Of a DNA stretch of 64,000 bases, positions 11,425 through 24,352 are shown in pieces. The stretch is from Mustelus asterias (taxonomy: Eukaryota): the NCBI RefSeq assembly GCF_964213995.1, contig NC_135834.1, forward strand, positions 10,726,001-10,790,000, in the 5' to 3' direction. Each line of letters begins with the position of its first letter. Positions within the stretch are counted from its first letter, which is position 1. The translations under genes were made by a program, and so were the position numbers. The notes beneath the pieces were generated by a model. The model was not told the origin of the DNA and did no database searches. It saw only the letters and a program-made list of their open reading frames with translations.

Positions 11425-11711
11425 AAAAGCTAAAGTTGAAGTTTATTTATTAGTCACAATTAAGGTTTACATTAACACTGCAATGAAGTTACTGTGAAAT
11501 TCCCCTAGTCGCCACACTCCGGTGCCTGTTCAGGTCAATGTACCCTAACCAGCACATCTTTCGAACTGTGGGAGGAAACCGGAGCACCCGGAGGAAACCC
11601 ACGCAGACAAGGGGAGAGCATGCAAACTCCGCACAGACAGTAACCCAAGCCGGGAATCGAACCCGGGTCCCTGGCACTGTGAGGCAGCAGTGCTAACCAC
11701 TGTGCCACCCC
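11425..11711 (-). mobile_element. HE1-head SINE, alternative tail
   Basis: Head plus ttcattgcagtgttaatgta-type tail. Confidence 0.85.
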
Positions 11712-12011
11712 TTTAATGACTGCACCATGCCGACAGACACAGTTATTGCTCAAAAGCACACTGCAACAGAAAAAGGTACAACTAAAAGGAACGCAGAATT
11801 GCATTGCATTGATCTGAACTTTCCTTGTAATCAGTGTTGCAGGCAGGAGAGAGGGGCAAGCTAAACTTTTCACCAGCTGTCCAGAAACAGACGTGTTTTT
11901 AAGACTAGACTGTGGTCTAGTCTTAGTTGGTGTGGTCAAATTTTAGAAATAACTTGCAGCAAACTCTCTTTATGATGAACTCAGATGGTTAGTTTATTCT
12001 CTGATTCTATG

Positions 12012-12420
12012 AGTTTAGAAGAGTGAGGGGGGGATCTCAGAAAAACTTATAAAATTCTAACAGGGTTAGACAGGGTAGATTCAGAAAGAATGTTCCCAAT
12101 GGTGGGGGAGTCCAGAACTAGGGCTCGTAGTTTGAGGATAAGGGGTAAACCTTTTAGAACTGAGGTGAGGATAAATTTCTTCACCCAGAGGGTGGTGAAT
12201 GTGTGGAATTCACTACCACAGAAAGTAGTTGAGGCCAAAATGTTGTGTGATTTCAAGAAGACATTAGATATCGCTCTTGGGGCTAAAGGGATCAAGGGAT
12301 ATGGAGGGGAAGGGGGGCGAAATCAGGATATTGAATTTGATGATCAGCCATGATCGTGATGAATGGCGGAGCAGGCTCAAAGGGCCGAATGGCCTCTTCC
12401 TGCTTCTAGTTTCTATGTTT
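12012..12420 (+). mobile_element. CR1 LINE 3' end
   Basis: ORF 12090..12353 contains NFFTQRVVNVWNSLP; the tail ends tttctatgttt. Confidence 0.85.
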
Positions 12421-13786
12421 TACTTCTGTTGTGGGCAAAGTATTGGAAAGGATTATAAGAGATAGGATTTATAATCACCTGGAAAGGAATAATTTGATTA
12501 GGGATAGTCAGCACGGTTTTGTGAAGAGTAGGTCGTGCCTCACAAACCTTATTGAGTTCTTTGAGAAGGTGACCAAGGAGGTGGATGAGGGTAAAGCGGT
12601 TGATGTGATGTATATGGATTTCAGCAAAGCGTTTGATAAGGTTCCCCATGGTAAGCTTTTGCAGAAAATACGGACACATGGGATTGAGGGTGATTCAGTG
12701 GTTTGGATCAGGAATTGGCTAGCTGTAAGAAAACAAAGGGTGGTGGCTGATGGGAAATATTCATCCTGGAGTTCAGTTGCTAGTGGTGTACCGCAAGGAT
12801 CTGTTTTGGGGCCACTGCTGTTTGTCATTTTTATTAATGACTTGGATGAGGGCGTGGAAGGATGGATTAGTAAATTTGCGGATGACACTAAAGTCGGTGG
12901 AGTTGTAGACAGTGCGGAGGGAAGTGGCAGGTTACAGAGGGACATAGATAAGCTGCAGAGCTGGGCTGAGAGGTGGCAAATGGAGTTTAATGCGGAAAAG
13001 TGTGAGGTGATTCACTTTGGAAGGAGTAACAGGAATACAGAGTACTGGGCTAATGGTAAGATACTTGGTAGTGTGGATGAACAGAGGGATCTGGATGTCC
13101 ATGTGCATAGATCCCTGAAAGTTGGCACCCAGGTTGATAGGGTTGTTAAGAAGGCGTACGGTGTGTTAGCTTTTATTGGTAGAGGGATTGAGTTTCGGAG
13201 CCAGGAGGTCATGCTGCAACTGTACAAAACTCTGGTGCGGCCGCATTTGGAGTATTGCGTACAGTTCTGGTCGCCGTATTATAGGAAAGATGTGGAAGAG
13301 TTGGAAAGGGTGCAGAGGAGATTTACCAGGATGTTGCCTGGTATGGTGGGAAAATCGTATGAGGAAAGGCTGAGGGGCTTGAGGTTGTTTTCGTTAGAGA
13401 GAAGAAGGTTAAGAGGTGACTTAATAGAGGCATACAAGATGATCAGAGGATTAGATAGGGTGGATAGTGAGAGCCTTTTTCCTCGGATGGTGTTGACTAG
13501 CACGAGGGGACATAGCTTTAAATTGAGGGGTGAGAGATATAGGACAGATGTTAGAGGTAGGTTATTTACTCAGAGAGTAGTAAGGGTGTGGAATGCCCTG
13601 CCTGCAGCAGTGGTGGACTCGTCAACGTTGAGAGCGTTCAAGTGGTTATTGGATAAACATATGGATGATATTGGAATAGTGTAGATTAGAGGGGCTTTAG
13701 ATTGGTTTCACTGGTCGGCGCAACATCGAGGGCCGAAGGGCCTGTACTGCGCTGTAATGTTCTATGTTCTATGTTTCTATGTTTCA
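12421..13786 (+). mobile_element. Young 5'-truncated CR1 LINE with an uninterrupted 417-aa RT/C-terminal frame
   Basis: ORF 12431..13684 contains QHGF, DFSKAFDKVPH, GVPQGSVLGP, FADD, RPHLEYCVQFWSP and TQRVVRVWNALP; tail (tgttcta)n. Confidence 0.95.
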
Positions 13787-14315
13787 TGTCTGACTGACAT
13801 GCCACCAGAGCAGCAACAAAGGATAATCGAGGTTTGGAGCAAGCTGTTCCAGGGGCTATATTTGTTTGAACAATCCACAAAAAGCAATGATAGATTAACT
13901 CACTTTTCCTACTATAATCCTATCTATTGTTGCCACTGTTTCTATTGGCTTCTCTGCACTGTAGTATGTTCAGAGACATTTGCTTCTGAATGCTTTGTGA
14001 CATCTCATGTAGCTCTGAATCATGTGGACCAGGAGGTCACAGATTTGATCCCCAATAGCAGCTCTATAATTGGAGTCAGAACGCCAGAGATTAATGAGGG
14101 GATTGAATCAGTTATATCACTAACCAGTCACCCCCACCCCGTTGGTGAGAATGAATAGATTCTGCTGCATGGTGATGGAATATCCTGCTTACACTCAAAG
14201 GACAAAATGGCAGCATATCCCAATGTCTCAGTCTTGATGCTGAAGTGAATCACTTGATGCCAGTACCTGAAGTTACTTAAAATGAAGGCAGAAAATATTT
14301 GAAATCAAGACTAAA

Positions 14316-14641
14316 GGGGCGGCACGGTGGCACAGTGATTAGCACTGCTGCATCACAGCGCCAGGGACCCGGGTTCAATTCCTGGCTTGGGTCACTGTCT
14401 GTGTGGAGTCTGCACATTCTCCTCGTGTCTGCGTGGGTTTCCTCCGGGTGCTCCGGTTTCCTCCCACACTCCAAAGGTGTGCAGTTTAGGTGGATTGGCC
14501 GTGCTAAATTACCCCTTAGTGTCAGGGGGATTAGCAGGGTAAACACATGGGGTTACAGGGATAGGGCCTGGGTGGGATTGTTGTCAGTGCAGACTCGATG
14601 GGCCGAATGGCCTCCTTCTGCACTGTAGGGATTCTATGATT
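14316..14641 (+). mobile_element. Full-length HE1-like SINE
   Basis: ggggcggcacggtggcacagtg head through the gggattctatgat tail. Confidence 0.9.
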
Positions 14642-15503
14642 TTCTTCTGAATGCTTCATTAAGTCACAAGTCGTTCTGAGTCACACAGATAGGTTCTTGC
14701 CTTTCTCCGCTTTCAGCCATTTCTTTATAGCGAGGGTCAGGAGTTTTCCAGAAGGCTCTTTCCGAACTCCCCCAGTTAGGTGAAGTTTCTCACTAAATAT
14801 TGGTGAGCAGGGCCTCAAGGACAATGGGGGATCTCGGTTTCCAACAGATCCACTTCCTGGGTTAGTCTGAAGTGTTTGAATTTGCTGGTGGCACCCTCGG
14901 TTAAAATGTCCCCTGTGTGGCCATGAAGAAAAGCTTTTCAGCCTTGCTGGTAAACGAAAACAAAACCTGTTCCATTCTTCTCTCATCCTGAAGTGATGTC
15001 AAACAATGATGTTTCAAATTGAAGGGGTCTCAACAGCTAGGTTAATTTATACAGACAAGCCTTTTCAGTGCGTGGTGCTCTGCATAAAAGACAAATCCAG
15101 TGACGTCTGTAGTCAACCGAGGACAATCCAGACGGAAATGGAAGGAAGCTATCATTCAACAGAGCTCAGACATGTCTGCCTTTACCAACTGTCCCCAGCA
15201 CAATAGAATTAAGGACGCTTCCATGAAATAAAAATGAACAGAGTTAGTGATATTTCACCCGAGCCATCACTGAATCACAGTGTTGTGACTCAGGCTACTG
15301 AGACTGCTGCGACCATTTCAAACTCCACTTTTCACAATAACTTCATTGCAGTGTTAATATAAGCCTGCTTGTGACACTAATAAATAAACTTAAATAAATA
15401 AACTCTCTGAAGATACAGCTCTATAATGAGCAGCGCTAATCGTGGAAGCCTTTCACAAAATCATTGGATGAGTACAGATGAGAAAAGTTGGCACATCGTG
15501 CAA

Positions 15504-16552
15504 AGGGCAGCACGGTGGCACAATGGGTTAGCACTGCTGCCTCACAGCACCAGGGACCCGGGTTCGATTCCCAGCTTAGAATCAGAGAATCCCGACAGTG
15601 CAGAAGGAGGCCATTCAGCCCATCGAGCCGACATCGACCACAATCCCACCCAGGCCCTATTCCCGTCACCCCACATATTTACCCCACTAATCCCTCTCAT
15701 CTACACACCTTTGGACACTAAGGGGCAATTTAGCATGGCCAATCCACCTAACCTGCACATCTTTGGACACTAAGGGGCAATTTAGCATGGCCAATCCACC
15801 TAACCTGCACATCTTTGGACACTAAGGGGCAATTTAGCATGGCCAATCCACCTAACCTACACATCTTTGGACACTAAGGGGCAATTTAGCATGGCCAATC
15901 CACCTAACCTGCACATCTTTGGACACTAAGGGGCAATTTAGCATGGCCAATCCACCTAACCTGCACATCTTTGGACACTAAGGGGCAATTTAGTATGGCC
16001 AATGCACCTAACCTGCACATCTTTGGACACTAAGGGGCAATTTAGCATGGCCAATCCACCTAACCTGCACATCTTTGGACACTAAGGGACAATTTAGCAT
16101 GGCCAATCCACCTAACCTGCACATCTTTGGACACTAAGGGGCAATTTAGCATGGCCAATCCACCTAACCTACACATCTTTGGACACTAAGGGGCAATTTA
16201 GCATGGCCAATCCACCTAACCTGCACATCTTTGGACACTAAGGGGCAATTTAGCATGGCCAATCCACCTAACCTGCACATCTTTGGACACTAAGGGGCAA
16301 TTTAGCATGGCCAATGCACCTAACCTGCACATCTTTGGACACTAAGGGGCAATTTAGCATGGCCAATCCACCTAACCTGCACATCTTTGGACACTAAGGG
16401 ACAATTTAGCACGGCCAATCCACCTAACCTGCGCATCTTTGGACACTAAGGGACAATTTAGCACGGCCAATCCACCTAACCTGCGCATCTTTGGACACTA
16501 AGGGACAATTTAGCACGGCCAATCCACCTAACCCGCACATCTTTTGGACTGT
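15504..16552 (-). mobile_element. SINE head (+, 15504-15577) abutting a minus-strand SINE body with ~16 x 52-bp units
   Basis: 52-nt periodicity from about 15705 to 16548. Confidence 0.9.
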
Positions 16553-17074
16553 GAAATACACCTCACAATATTTTTTACAGTGCCAAGGGGGCGGAGCCAG
16601 AGTGGGGTGGAGTTATGAGGGGGGAGGGAGCTCCACAGGGGGAGGGGGGGGGTAATCAGCTGAGGGGTCCTGAAGCCCGTAGTGGGGGGGGGGGGGGGGG
16701 GGGTGACAGGAGATCTCCCAGTACACTGGGAGATCGGGGTGTCGGCGCAATGGCTCCCCAGCCATTTCCCTGACCATCCAAGAGCTTCATTGGCCTCTGA
16801 GCGCCGCCTCCCCCCCCGCCCACCCCGCAAGGTGGCCATCATGACTGGTTTCTCTTTTTAGCGCACGGTTCCCGCTGTCCCTGCGGGTCAGAGAATCCTG
16901 GGAGCAGGGGAGAATCCGGCTTAAAACCAGAGTATAATTCAATGATGATTTCAATGTGCTAATCTGGTTCCCGCCCAGCACTGGCGCTCAGGGGCGGGGA
17001 AAATCCAAAAGGAGGTTCTCCCTGATGCTAAATGCACTGTGGCCCACAATTCCCTGGCCCCGCGCAGTATCAGA

Positions 17075-17432
17075 TTGATCTGCGCATGAGCGCGCAGGAC
17101 ATGCCAAATTTTCTTAGTCTTCTGAGAAAGTAGAGGTGTTGGTGGGCTTTCTTAACTATAATGTTGGCATGGGGGGACCAAGTTGGTGTCAGCATGGGGG
17201 GACCATGTTGGTGATCTGGACACCTAAAAACTTGAAGCTCTCGACCCTTTCTACTTCGTCCCCGTTGATGTAGACAGGGACATGTTCTCCTTTACGCTTC
17301 CTGAAGTCGATGACAATCTCCTTCGTTTTGTTGACATTGAGGGAGAGATTATTGTTGCCGCACCAGTTCACCAGATTCTCTATCTCATTCCTGTTCTCTG
17401 TCTCGTCATTGTTTGAGATCCGACCCACTATG
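17075..17432 (-). mobile_element. Rex1/Babar-like LINE RT fragment
   Basis: The minus strand reads ISNNDETENRNEIENLVNWCGNNNLSLNVNKTKEIVIDFRK...VESFKFLGVQIT. Confidence 0.8.
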
Positions 17433-17435
17433 GTG

Positions 17436-17629
17436 CAAAGATGTGTAAGTTAGGTGGATTGGCCATGCTAAATTGCCCCTCAGTGTCCAAAGATGAATAG
17501 GTTAGGTGGATTAGCCATGGTAAATGCGCAGGGATAGGGCAGAGGGGTGGGGTGCTCCTTTGGAGAGTCAGTGCAGACTCGATGGGCCTAATGGCCTCTT
17601 TCTGCACTATAGGGATTCTATGATTCTAT
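17436..17629 (+). mobile_element. HE1-like SINE 3' half
   Basis: Central unit and gggattctatgattctatg tail. Confidence 0.75.
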
Positions 17630-18380
17630 GGTGAATAATGGGCCTGAATTTTACATTCGGGGCTCATCCAAAGTTGGCATGGACTGGAGCGGAAGTAAAA
17701 CCTTTTCCCACCTGAGATCGCAATATTAGGCTGACTGGCCAACTAACGGCTGTCCAGCGTGAAACACGCTCTGTGAAAGTCTGAGTGCTGCCGGGTGGGG
17801 CGGGTGTTGAGAACAGGGAGGGTGTGGCTGGGGTTTCCAATGTTCACCCTCAGGGGGACAGCTGCTGTGGACCTGTCTGAGGGAGCTGCTGACCTGTCAA
17901 ATATAAATATCAGTGGAAAGCTATGGCACGATGTCTGGGCAGCACGATCATACACGGAGCTCAGGCCCCAAACACATTTGTTCATTTTATCTGAGCCCTG
18001 ACCTTTCACCCCACCCTGGATCGAGGTTGCAGCGTTAAATGTAAAGGCCGCCTGGCCAATCAGCCCACCCACCAACTGTAAAGGCAGACAGGCAACGGAA
18101 AATCCCAGGTCAATTACTGTTTAATTACTCATTAAAACAGCTGCCCGCCAGTGCCCACTGCCAGCGGGTAATCGTGTCAGTGTCAAACCCGATTACTGAA
18201 GAGTGTGTGGACAAGGTGGTCCTCATTTCACCAGAGACTTTGAGGGGAGGGCAATAACTTTCTGTCACAGTGCTGTGCTGCTCAAGGTGCACTGTTCACC
18301 ACTCTGCCGGGGCAGACCGGTTCCTGCCCTCCATCCCCATGCCAAGCCGGTCTTCATGAACAGCACCATGCTACTACACC

Positions 18381-18989
18381 CATGGACCCTCCTGTGTCAC
18401 TGTCTCGGATCAGTGCTGTGCCTGGGGTTGGGGAGTACAGGGGTCTCATTGTCCCCTGGTGCCACACCAGTGTCTATCTGGACAGCACGGTGCTGTGGGA
18501 CTCATGACCCTCTTGTGTCACTGTCTTGGATCAGTACCATGCCTGGGGTTGGGGAGTACAGGGGTCTTCATGTCCCCTGGTGCCACACCAGTGTCTATCT
18601 GGACAGCACCGTGCTGTGGGACTCATGGACCCTCCTGTGTCACTGTCTCGGATCAGTGCTGTGCCTGGGGTTGGGGAGTTCAGGGTCTCCTTGTCCCCTG
18701 GTGCCACACCAGTGTCTATCTGGACAGCACGGCGCTGTGGGACTCATGACCCTCTTGTGTCACTGTCTCGGATCAGTGCTGTGCCTGGGGTTGGAGAGTA
18801 CAGGGGTCTCCTTGTCCCCTGGTGCCACACCAGTGTCTATCTGGACAGCACCGTGCTGTGGGACTCATGGACCCTCCTGTGTCACTGTCTCGGATCAGTG
18901 CTGTGCCTGGGGTTGGGGAGTTCAGGGTCTCCTTGTCCCCTGGTGCCACACCAGTGTCTATCTGGACAGCACGGCGCTGTGGGACTCAC
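18381..18989. repeat. ~121-bp minisatellite, 5 units in ABABA order
   Basis: Units start near 18381, 18503, 18624, 18745 and 18866, with alternating diagnostic bases. Confidence 0.9.
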
Positions 18990-19934
18990 GCAGCCACCAC
19001 AACAGAGGTCTGAAGTTTGACCGGGGGTGAAGTGCGAGCCTGACATTGGCAAGGGGGCAATTTGGAAGGAGGGCTGTGCAAGGAGTGGGGAGCAAGGGCG
19101 AGGGCTCACGTAGACAGGCAGAGGGGCAAGGATGAAGAAGACAAGCAATGGAAGGCAGAGGGAAGACTGAGGGGAGGGAATCTGGCCCCCGACAAGGCAG
19201 CGTGAAAAGCTCACAAACAAGGGGGTCAAAGGGATAGCACATTATTTACTGGGAGGGGATGGATGAAGACTCCAGAGGCAGAGGTAAAAGTGGGGCATGG
19301 GCTTCTTGCAGGGGATGGACTCGGTGGTGGTGGAGGTTGAATTGAGGAACAGACTTCTTCCTTTTCCCTCTGGGTTGCTGCCATCCTACACGGTCTGGTG
19401 AAGACGGGGCTAGAGAGAGTGATGTGAGTGTGCTGGACTGGTGTTTAAATATGGTGCCGGAACTTTCAAACCCGCTGAGGGTGGGCAGACAAATCAGCTG
19501 CCGGCCTGCCAGGATTAATCTAGCCATTCAGGTCGGCAGAACAGGCACCACGAGAGCTGCCCACCAGTGCACTCAGTCTGAAAATAGGAGCATTCCACCC
19601 CATGTTTAACAAACCTGTTGGAGTTTTTTTGAGGATGGAACGAGCAGAATAGATAAGAGGGAACTGGTGGTTGTGTGGTGTATTTAGATTTTCAGAAAAC
19701 CTTTGATAAGGTCCCACACAGGAGGTTGGGAACAAAATGAGAGCACGTGGAATTGGGGAGAATATACTGGCATGGATCGAGAATTAGTTAACGGACAGAA
19801 AATAGAGAGTAGGAATAAATCGGTCATTTTCAGGTTGGCAAGCTGTGATTAGTGGTGTCCTACAAGAAGCAATGTTTGGGCCCCAGTCATTCACAATCGA
19901 TATCGATGATTTGGATGCGGGGACTAAAGATAAT

Positions 19935-20490
19935 GGGGGCAATTCTCCCATCCCGCTGCACTGATTTGTTCGCACAGTGGGCCGGGAGATTTAAGCAGCG
20001 CCTGACTTGCGCGATCCATGCTGGGTGTCCGGTCCCAAGCACAGAGCGCGGAGCTGCATAATCTATGCAGCCCTTCGTTTAAATATGATTTGAATGGCAT
20101 TAGCGGGCCCGGTACTGAAGTCTCCAGGCCCGTTAGCCTCCCCCCACCCCCACCAGGAGTATTTCACTCCAGCGGGGTTTACAGTAGCTCCCCACTCGCG
20201 ACCAAGCTGGCCAGCAATCGGGAGGCCGGCAGTGCGGGGCTACTGCACTTGTACCAATCTTGGCGCTGACAGATCGGCAGTAGCCCACTCAGTGCTGTGC
20301 TGTGCTGCCGGTCTCTCCTGCGGGAATAGGTCCCACCCACTGATTTTTAGCATGACTCTTGCTGGTGCACTCTGCAGTGCACAGAGTGTGGGAGTTTCAG
20401 AATGAAACTCCCATTGAAAAAAAAAGTGTGATTTAGTCCAGTTTTTACGCAAATCCGACACTTAGAATTCTTTTTGAGAGAATTGGCCCC
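19935..20490. mobile_element. 556-bp non-autonomous DNA transposon (Harbinger-like), 3-bp TSD AAT
   Basis: aat|gggggcaattctccc ... gagagaattggcccc|aat, interrupting the CR1 RT. Confidence 0.75.
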
Positions 20491-20788
20491 AATATTTGCA
20501 GGCGACACAAAACTAGGAGCAGATGTGAGTTGCGAGGAGGACGCAAAGAGACTTTGGGGAATTTGGAGAGCTAGGCAATGGGCAAATGTTTGGCCAATGA
20601 AATACAATGTGGAGAAATGTGAGGTTATGCGAGTATTTCTTAAATGGGGAAGCTGGGAGGTGTTGAACTTCAAAGGGACTTGGATCTTCTTGTTCATGAG
20701 TCACTGAAAGTTAAGATAGATACAGCAAATGGTACATTGGCCTTCATTGCAAGAGGATTTTGAAGACAGGAGTAAAGAAAGATGTAGA

Positions 20789-21125
20789 TCATAGAATAGA
20801 AACCCTACAGTGCAGAAAGAGGCCATTCGGCCCATCGAGTCTGCACCGACCACAATCCCACCCAGGCCCTACCCCCACATATTTACCCACTAATCCCTCT
20901 AACCTACGCATCTCAGGACTCTAAGGGGCAATTTTTAACCTGGCCAATCAACCTAACCCGCACATCTTTGGACTGTGGGAGGAAACCGGAGCACCCGGAG
21001 GAAACCCACGCAGACACGAGGAGAATGTGCAAACTCCACACAGACGGTGACCCGAGCCGGGAATCGAACCCGGGACCCTGGAGCTGTGAAGCAGCAGTGC
21101 TAACCACTGTGCTGCCGTGCCGCCC
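20789..21125 (-). mobile_element. HE1-like SINE
   Basis: Complete head-to-tail copy. Confidence 0.9.
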
Positions 21126-21802
21126 TTGTATTCATTGGAATGTTTGCTTGAAGGGGTATGTCTTACTGAAATTATATAAAGACCTCATCTGGAGTATTGT
21201 GGTCTCTTTAACTAAGGAAAGATATTATTGCCAAAGAGGGAGTATAACAAAGATTCACTCAATTCCTGGGATGGAGGGATTGTCCGATGAGGAACAATTA
21301 AATTAAATAGATTGGGCACTTATTCTCTGAAGTTTAGAAGAATGAGAGGTGATCTCATTGAAACATACAAAATGCTGACTGGGCTAGACCAGGTAGAAGG
21401 ACATTTCCCCTGGCTGGGAAGTCTAGAATCCGGGACGCAGTCTCAGAATAAGGGGCACGCCATTTAGAACTGAGATGAGGAGGAATTTTTTCGGTCGGAG
21501 GTGGAATCTTTTGGAATTGTGTCCCAGAGGACAGTGGAGGCTCATTCATTGATATGTTCAAGATTGCGATCGATAGATTTTTACATATTAAAAATGGCAA
21601 GGGAGAAATATTATTAAAGTAAAAGATCGGCCATGATCGCATTGAATGGTGGAGTGGGCTTGAAGGGCTAAAGATCATTTTAAAAAATGGTCATCCAGTC
21701 ATTTATCTCATTGCTATTTGTGAGTTCTTGCTTTTCCCAAATTGGCTACCACTTTTACCGATATGAGAACAGTGGCTACAGCACAGAAGCAACTCACTGA
21801 TT

Positions 21803-22140
21803 CACGGCGGCACAGCAATTAGACTCACGTCACCAGGGACCTGGGTTCGATTCCGCCCTTGGGTCACTGTCTGTGTGGAGTTTGCACATTCTCCCCGTGT
21901 CTGCGTGGGTTTCCTCCGGGTGCTCCGGTTTCCTCCAACAGTCCAAAAGACGTGCAAGTTAGGTGGATTGGCCATGCTAAATTTCCCCTTTGCGTTCCAA
22001 GATCTGTAGGTTAGGGGGATTAGCGGGGTAAATATGTGGGGGTTATGGGGATAGGGCCTGGGTGGGATGGTCTGTCGGAGAATCGATGCAGACTTGATGG
22101 GCCAAATGGCCTCTTTCTGCACTGTCAGCGTTCTATGATT
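21803..22140 (+). mobile_element. HE1-like SINE
   Basis: Head-to-tail copy. Confidence 0.85.
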
Positions 22141-22759
22141 GCGAAGTGTATTTGTGGCATTGAAACAAATAAACAGAGATGACAGCAGAGCTGGAACAGC
22201 TCCAGGGAACTGCACGACCAATGGACTTGTATGACATTTCCCCATCTGCTATTTGGCTGAGAGGGTTATCCCTTCCAAGATAAATAGGTTCATGATTTTC
22301 TTAAAATAGCAGACAGAGGAATGTCACACACTGGGCCAAATCTTCCCAGGAAAAGAACAATACATTGTGTTGTTCATGTGCAAACTGGCCAGCAAGTTCA
22401 TGGGGGTTTATGAATCTCTTACTGGTTGATTTGTAATGCTCCATCATTTGCTTTGCACAAATACCATCTTGCCTTTAGCTTCCCCTTCGTTTTAAGAACT
22501 TGCTGGGATTTGCACATTAATTGTCCATTAAACTCACCACAGAAAGCGGAGGCTCGTAAACATCCTAACGATACGATAATTACCTCCACCACTGAAGATG
22601 AGCAAAGGTAATGTTTTTGCCCCTTTTTGTCTGTAAACAATAGATCTAAAAAACGAATGGACTTATTTCAACAAAATTTGACAGGGTATGGCCCAAGGAA
22701 GAACTTATTAGTTTTTGAACCTGGATTTTTTACATCCGAGTTAGGAGAGTAGGTCGAGT

Positions 22760-23640
22760 AGGAGTGGGCTGATCGGATTGTAACCTCAACCCCATGTTCC
22801 TGCCCACCTCGATAACCTTTCACCCCCTTGTTAATCAAGAATCTATCCAGCTCTGCCTTAAAAACATTCAAAGACTCTGCTTCCCCTGCCTTTTGAGGAA
22901 GAGAGTTCCTCGCCACCCTCAGGGAAAAAAATTCTCCTCATCTCTGTCTTAAATGAGCAACTCCTTTTTTTAAAGTGACCCCTAATTCTAGATTCTCCCA
23001 CAAGAGAAGGCATCCTCTCCATATTCGCCCTGACAATACCCCTTCAAGCAAACATTCCAATGAATACAAGCCTAACCTGTCCAATCTTTCCTCATAAAGC
23101 AACCTGCCCATTGCAGGTATTAGTATAGGAAACTTTCTCTGAACTGCTTCTAATGCATTTATATCCTTCCTTAAATAAGAATCACAGAATCATAGAATGC
23201 CTACAGTGCAGAAGAAGGCCATTCGGCCCATCAAGTCTGCACCGACCACAATCCCACCCAGGCCCTGTCCCCATAACCCCATGTATTTACCATTGCTAGT
23301 CCCCCTGACACTAAGGGGCAATTTAGCATGGCCAATCATGCACATCTTTGGACTGTGGGAGGAACCAGAGCACCCGGAGGAAACCCATACAGACATGGGG
23401 AGGATGTGCAAACTCCACACAGACAGTGACCCGAGGGCGGAATTGAATCCGGGTCCCTGGCACTGTGAGACAACAGTGCTAATCACATAAGGAGCCCATA
23501 CTGTACATAATACTCCAGATGTGGTCTCACCAGTGTCCTATACAACTGAAGCATAACCTCCCTACTTTTGTAATCAATTCCCCTCACAATAAATAGTAAC
23601 ATTCGATTAGCTTTCCTAATTATTTGCTGTACCTCCACAC
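22760..23640 (-). mobile_element. CR1 3' fragment with a nested HE1-like SINE (23177-23487)
   Basis: The minus strand reads NSLPQKAGEAESLNVFKAELDRFL; the SINE head and tail are visible. Confidence 0.75.
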
Positions 23641-24065
23641 TCGCTTTGTTAACATCGGGAGATGGAGCAAATTCTTTTTCTTTTAAGAATGGTGCGGGTT
23701 GTTTGATTTGGAATGTTGGAGATTGTCCCAGCTGCCGTGGTGCAATTTGTCACAGCTGTCAAAAGTGGGCAGAGTTTTCTGAGCAGGTTGTCAGATGTGG
23801 ATTAACCTGAAGCCTCCTCAGTGAGATGGAAGCTTGTAATAAAAAGTTTATTTTTTCAGCATTCTAGTTATAGAGCATCAACTAGAAGGGAAAAGCCTCA
23901 AGGAAGAGCTGTGTAATTGTCATAATGTTGAGTTAAAACAGTGTGGCTGAGGTATGCACTCTACTGAATGCACACTTCGCTTGTTTCTCCTTTCCGTACC
24001 CAATTTCAATCTAATTCATCCTCCCTCTCCATCATTCCTTTGTTTAGTTCTCAATCCTTAAATGT

Positions 24066-24352
24066 CAGCACGGTGGCACAGTGGTTAGCACTGCTGCCTC
24101 ACAGCGCCAGGGACCTGGGTTCGATTCCCGGCTCGGGTCACTGTCTGTGTGGAGTTTGCACGTTCTCCCCGTGTCTGCGTGGGTTTCCTCCGGGTGCTCT
24201 GGTTTCCTCCCAGTCTGAAAGGCATGCTGGTTAGGGTGCAATTGACCCGAACAGGCGTTGGACTGTGGCGACTAGGGGAATTCACAGTAACTTCATTGCA
24301 GTGTTAATGCAAGCCTTACTTGTGACTAATAAATAAACTTTAACTTTACTTT
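24066..24352 (+). mobile_element. HE1-head SINE, alternative tail
   Basis: Ends cacagtaacttcattgcagtgttaatgcaagccttacttgtgactaataaataaactttaactttacttta. Confidence 0.85.

Larger units (their letters stand above)
19600..21672 (+). mobile_element. Old fragmented CR1 LINE, split by a MITE and a SINE
   Basis: Degenerate RT motifs (ttttcagaaaacctttgataaggtcccacac; FAGDTKLG; YNVEKCEV) and a 3' end. Confidence 0.75.

Noticed and set aside
11900-11925. 11-bp-arm palindrome taagactagac-tgtg-gtctagtctta
   Set aside because: Short and isolated; no supporting context.
14316-14400. tRNA gene calls at SINE heads
   Set aside because: A/B boxes are present but continue into SINE body and tail, with no cloverleaf or terminator.
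242-16548. CRISPR-like appearance of the regular arrays
   Set aside because: The units are head-to-tail with no unique spacers, there are no cas genes, and the context is vertebrate.
16683-16703. Long G homopolymers (also ~36656-36676)
   Set aside because: Simple runs, at least the first within a repeat remnant; their length is error-prone and there is no evidence of function.
18203-19030. 275-aa Cys/His-rich ORF
   Set aside because: It is the translation of the 121-bp minisatellite.
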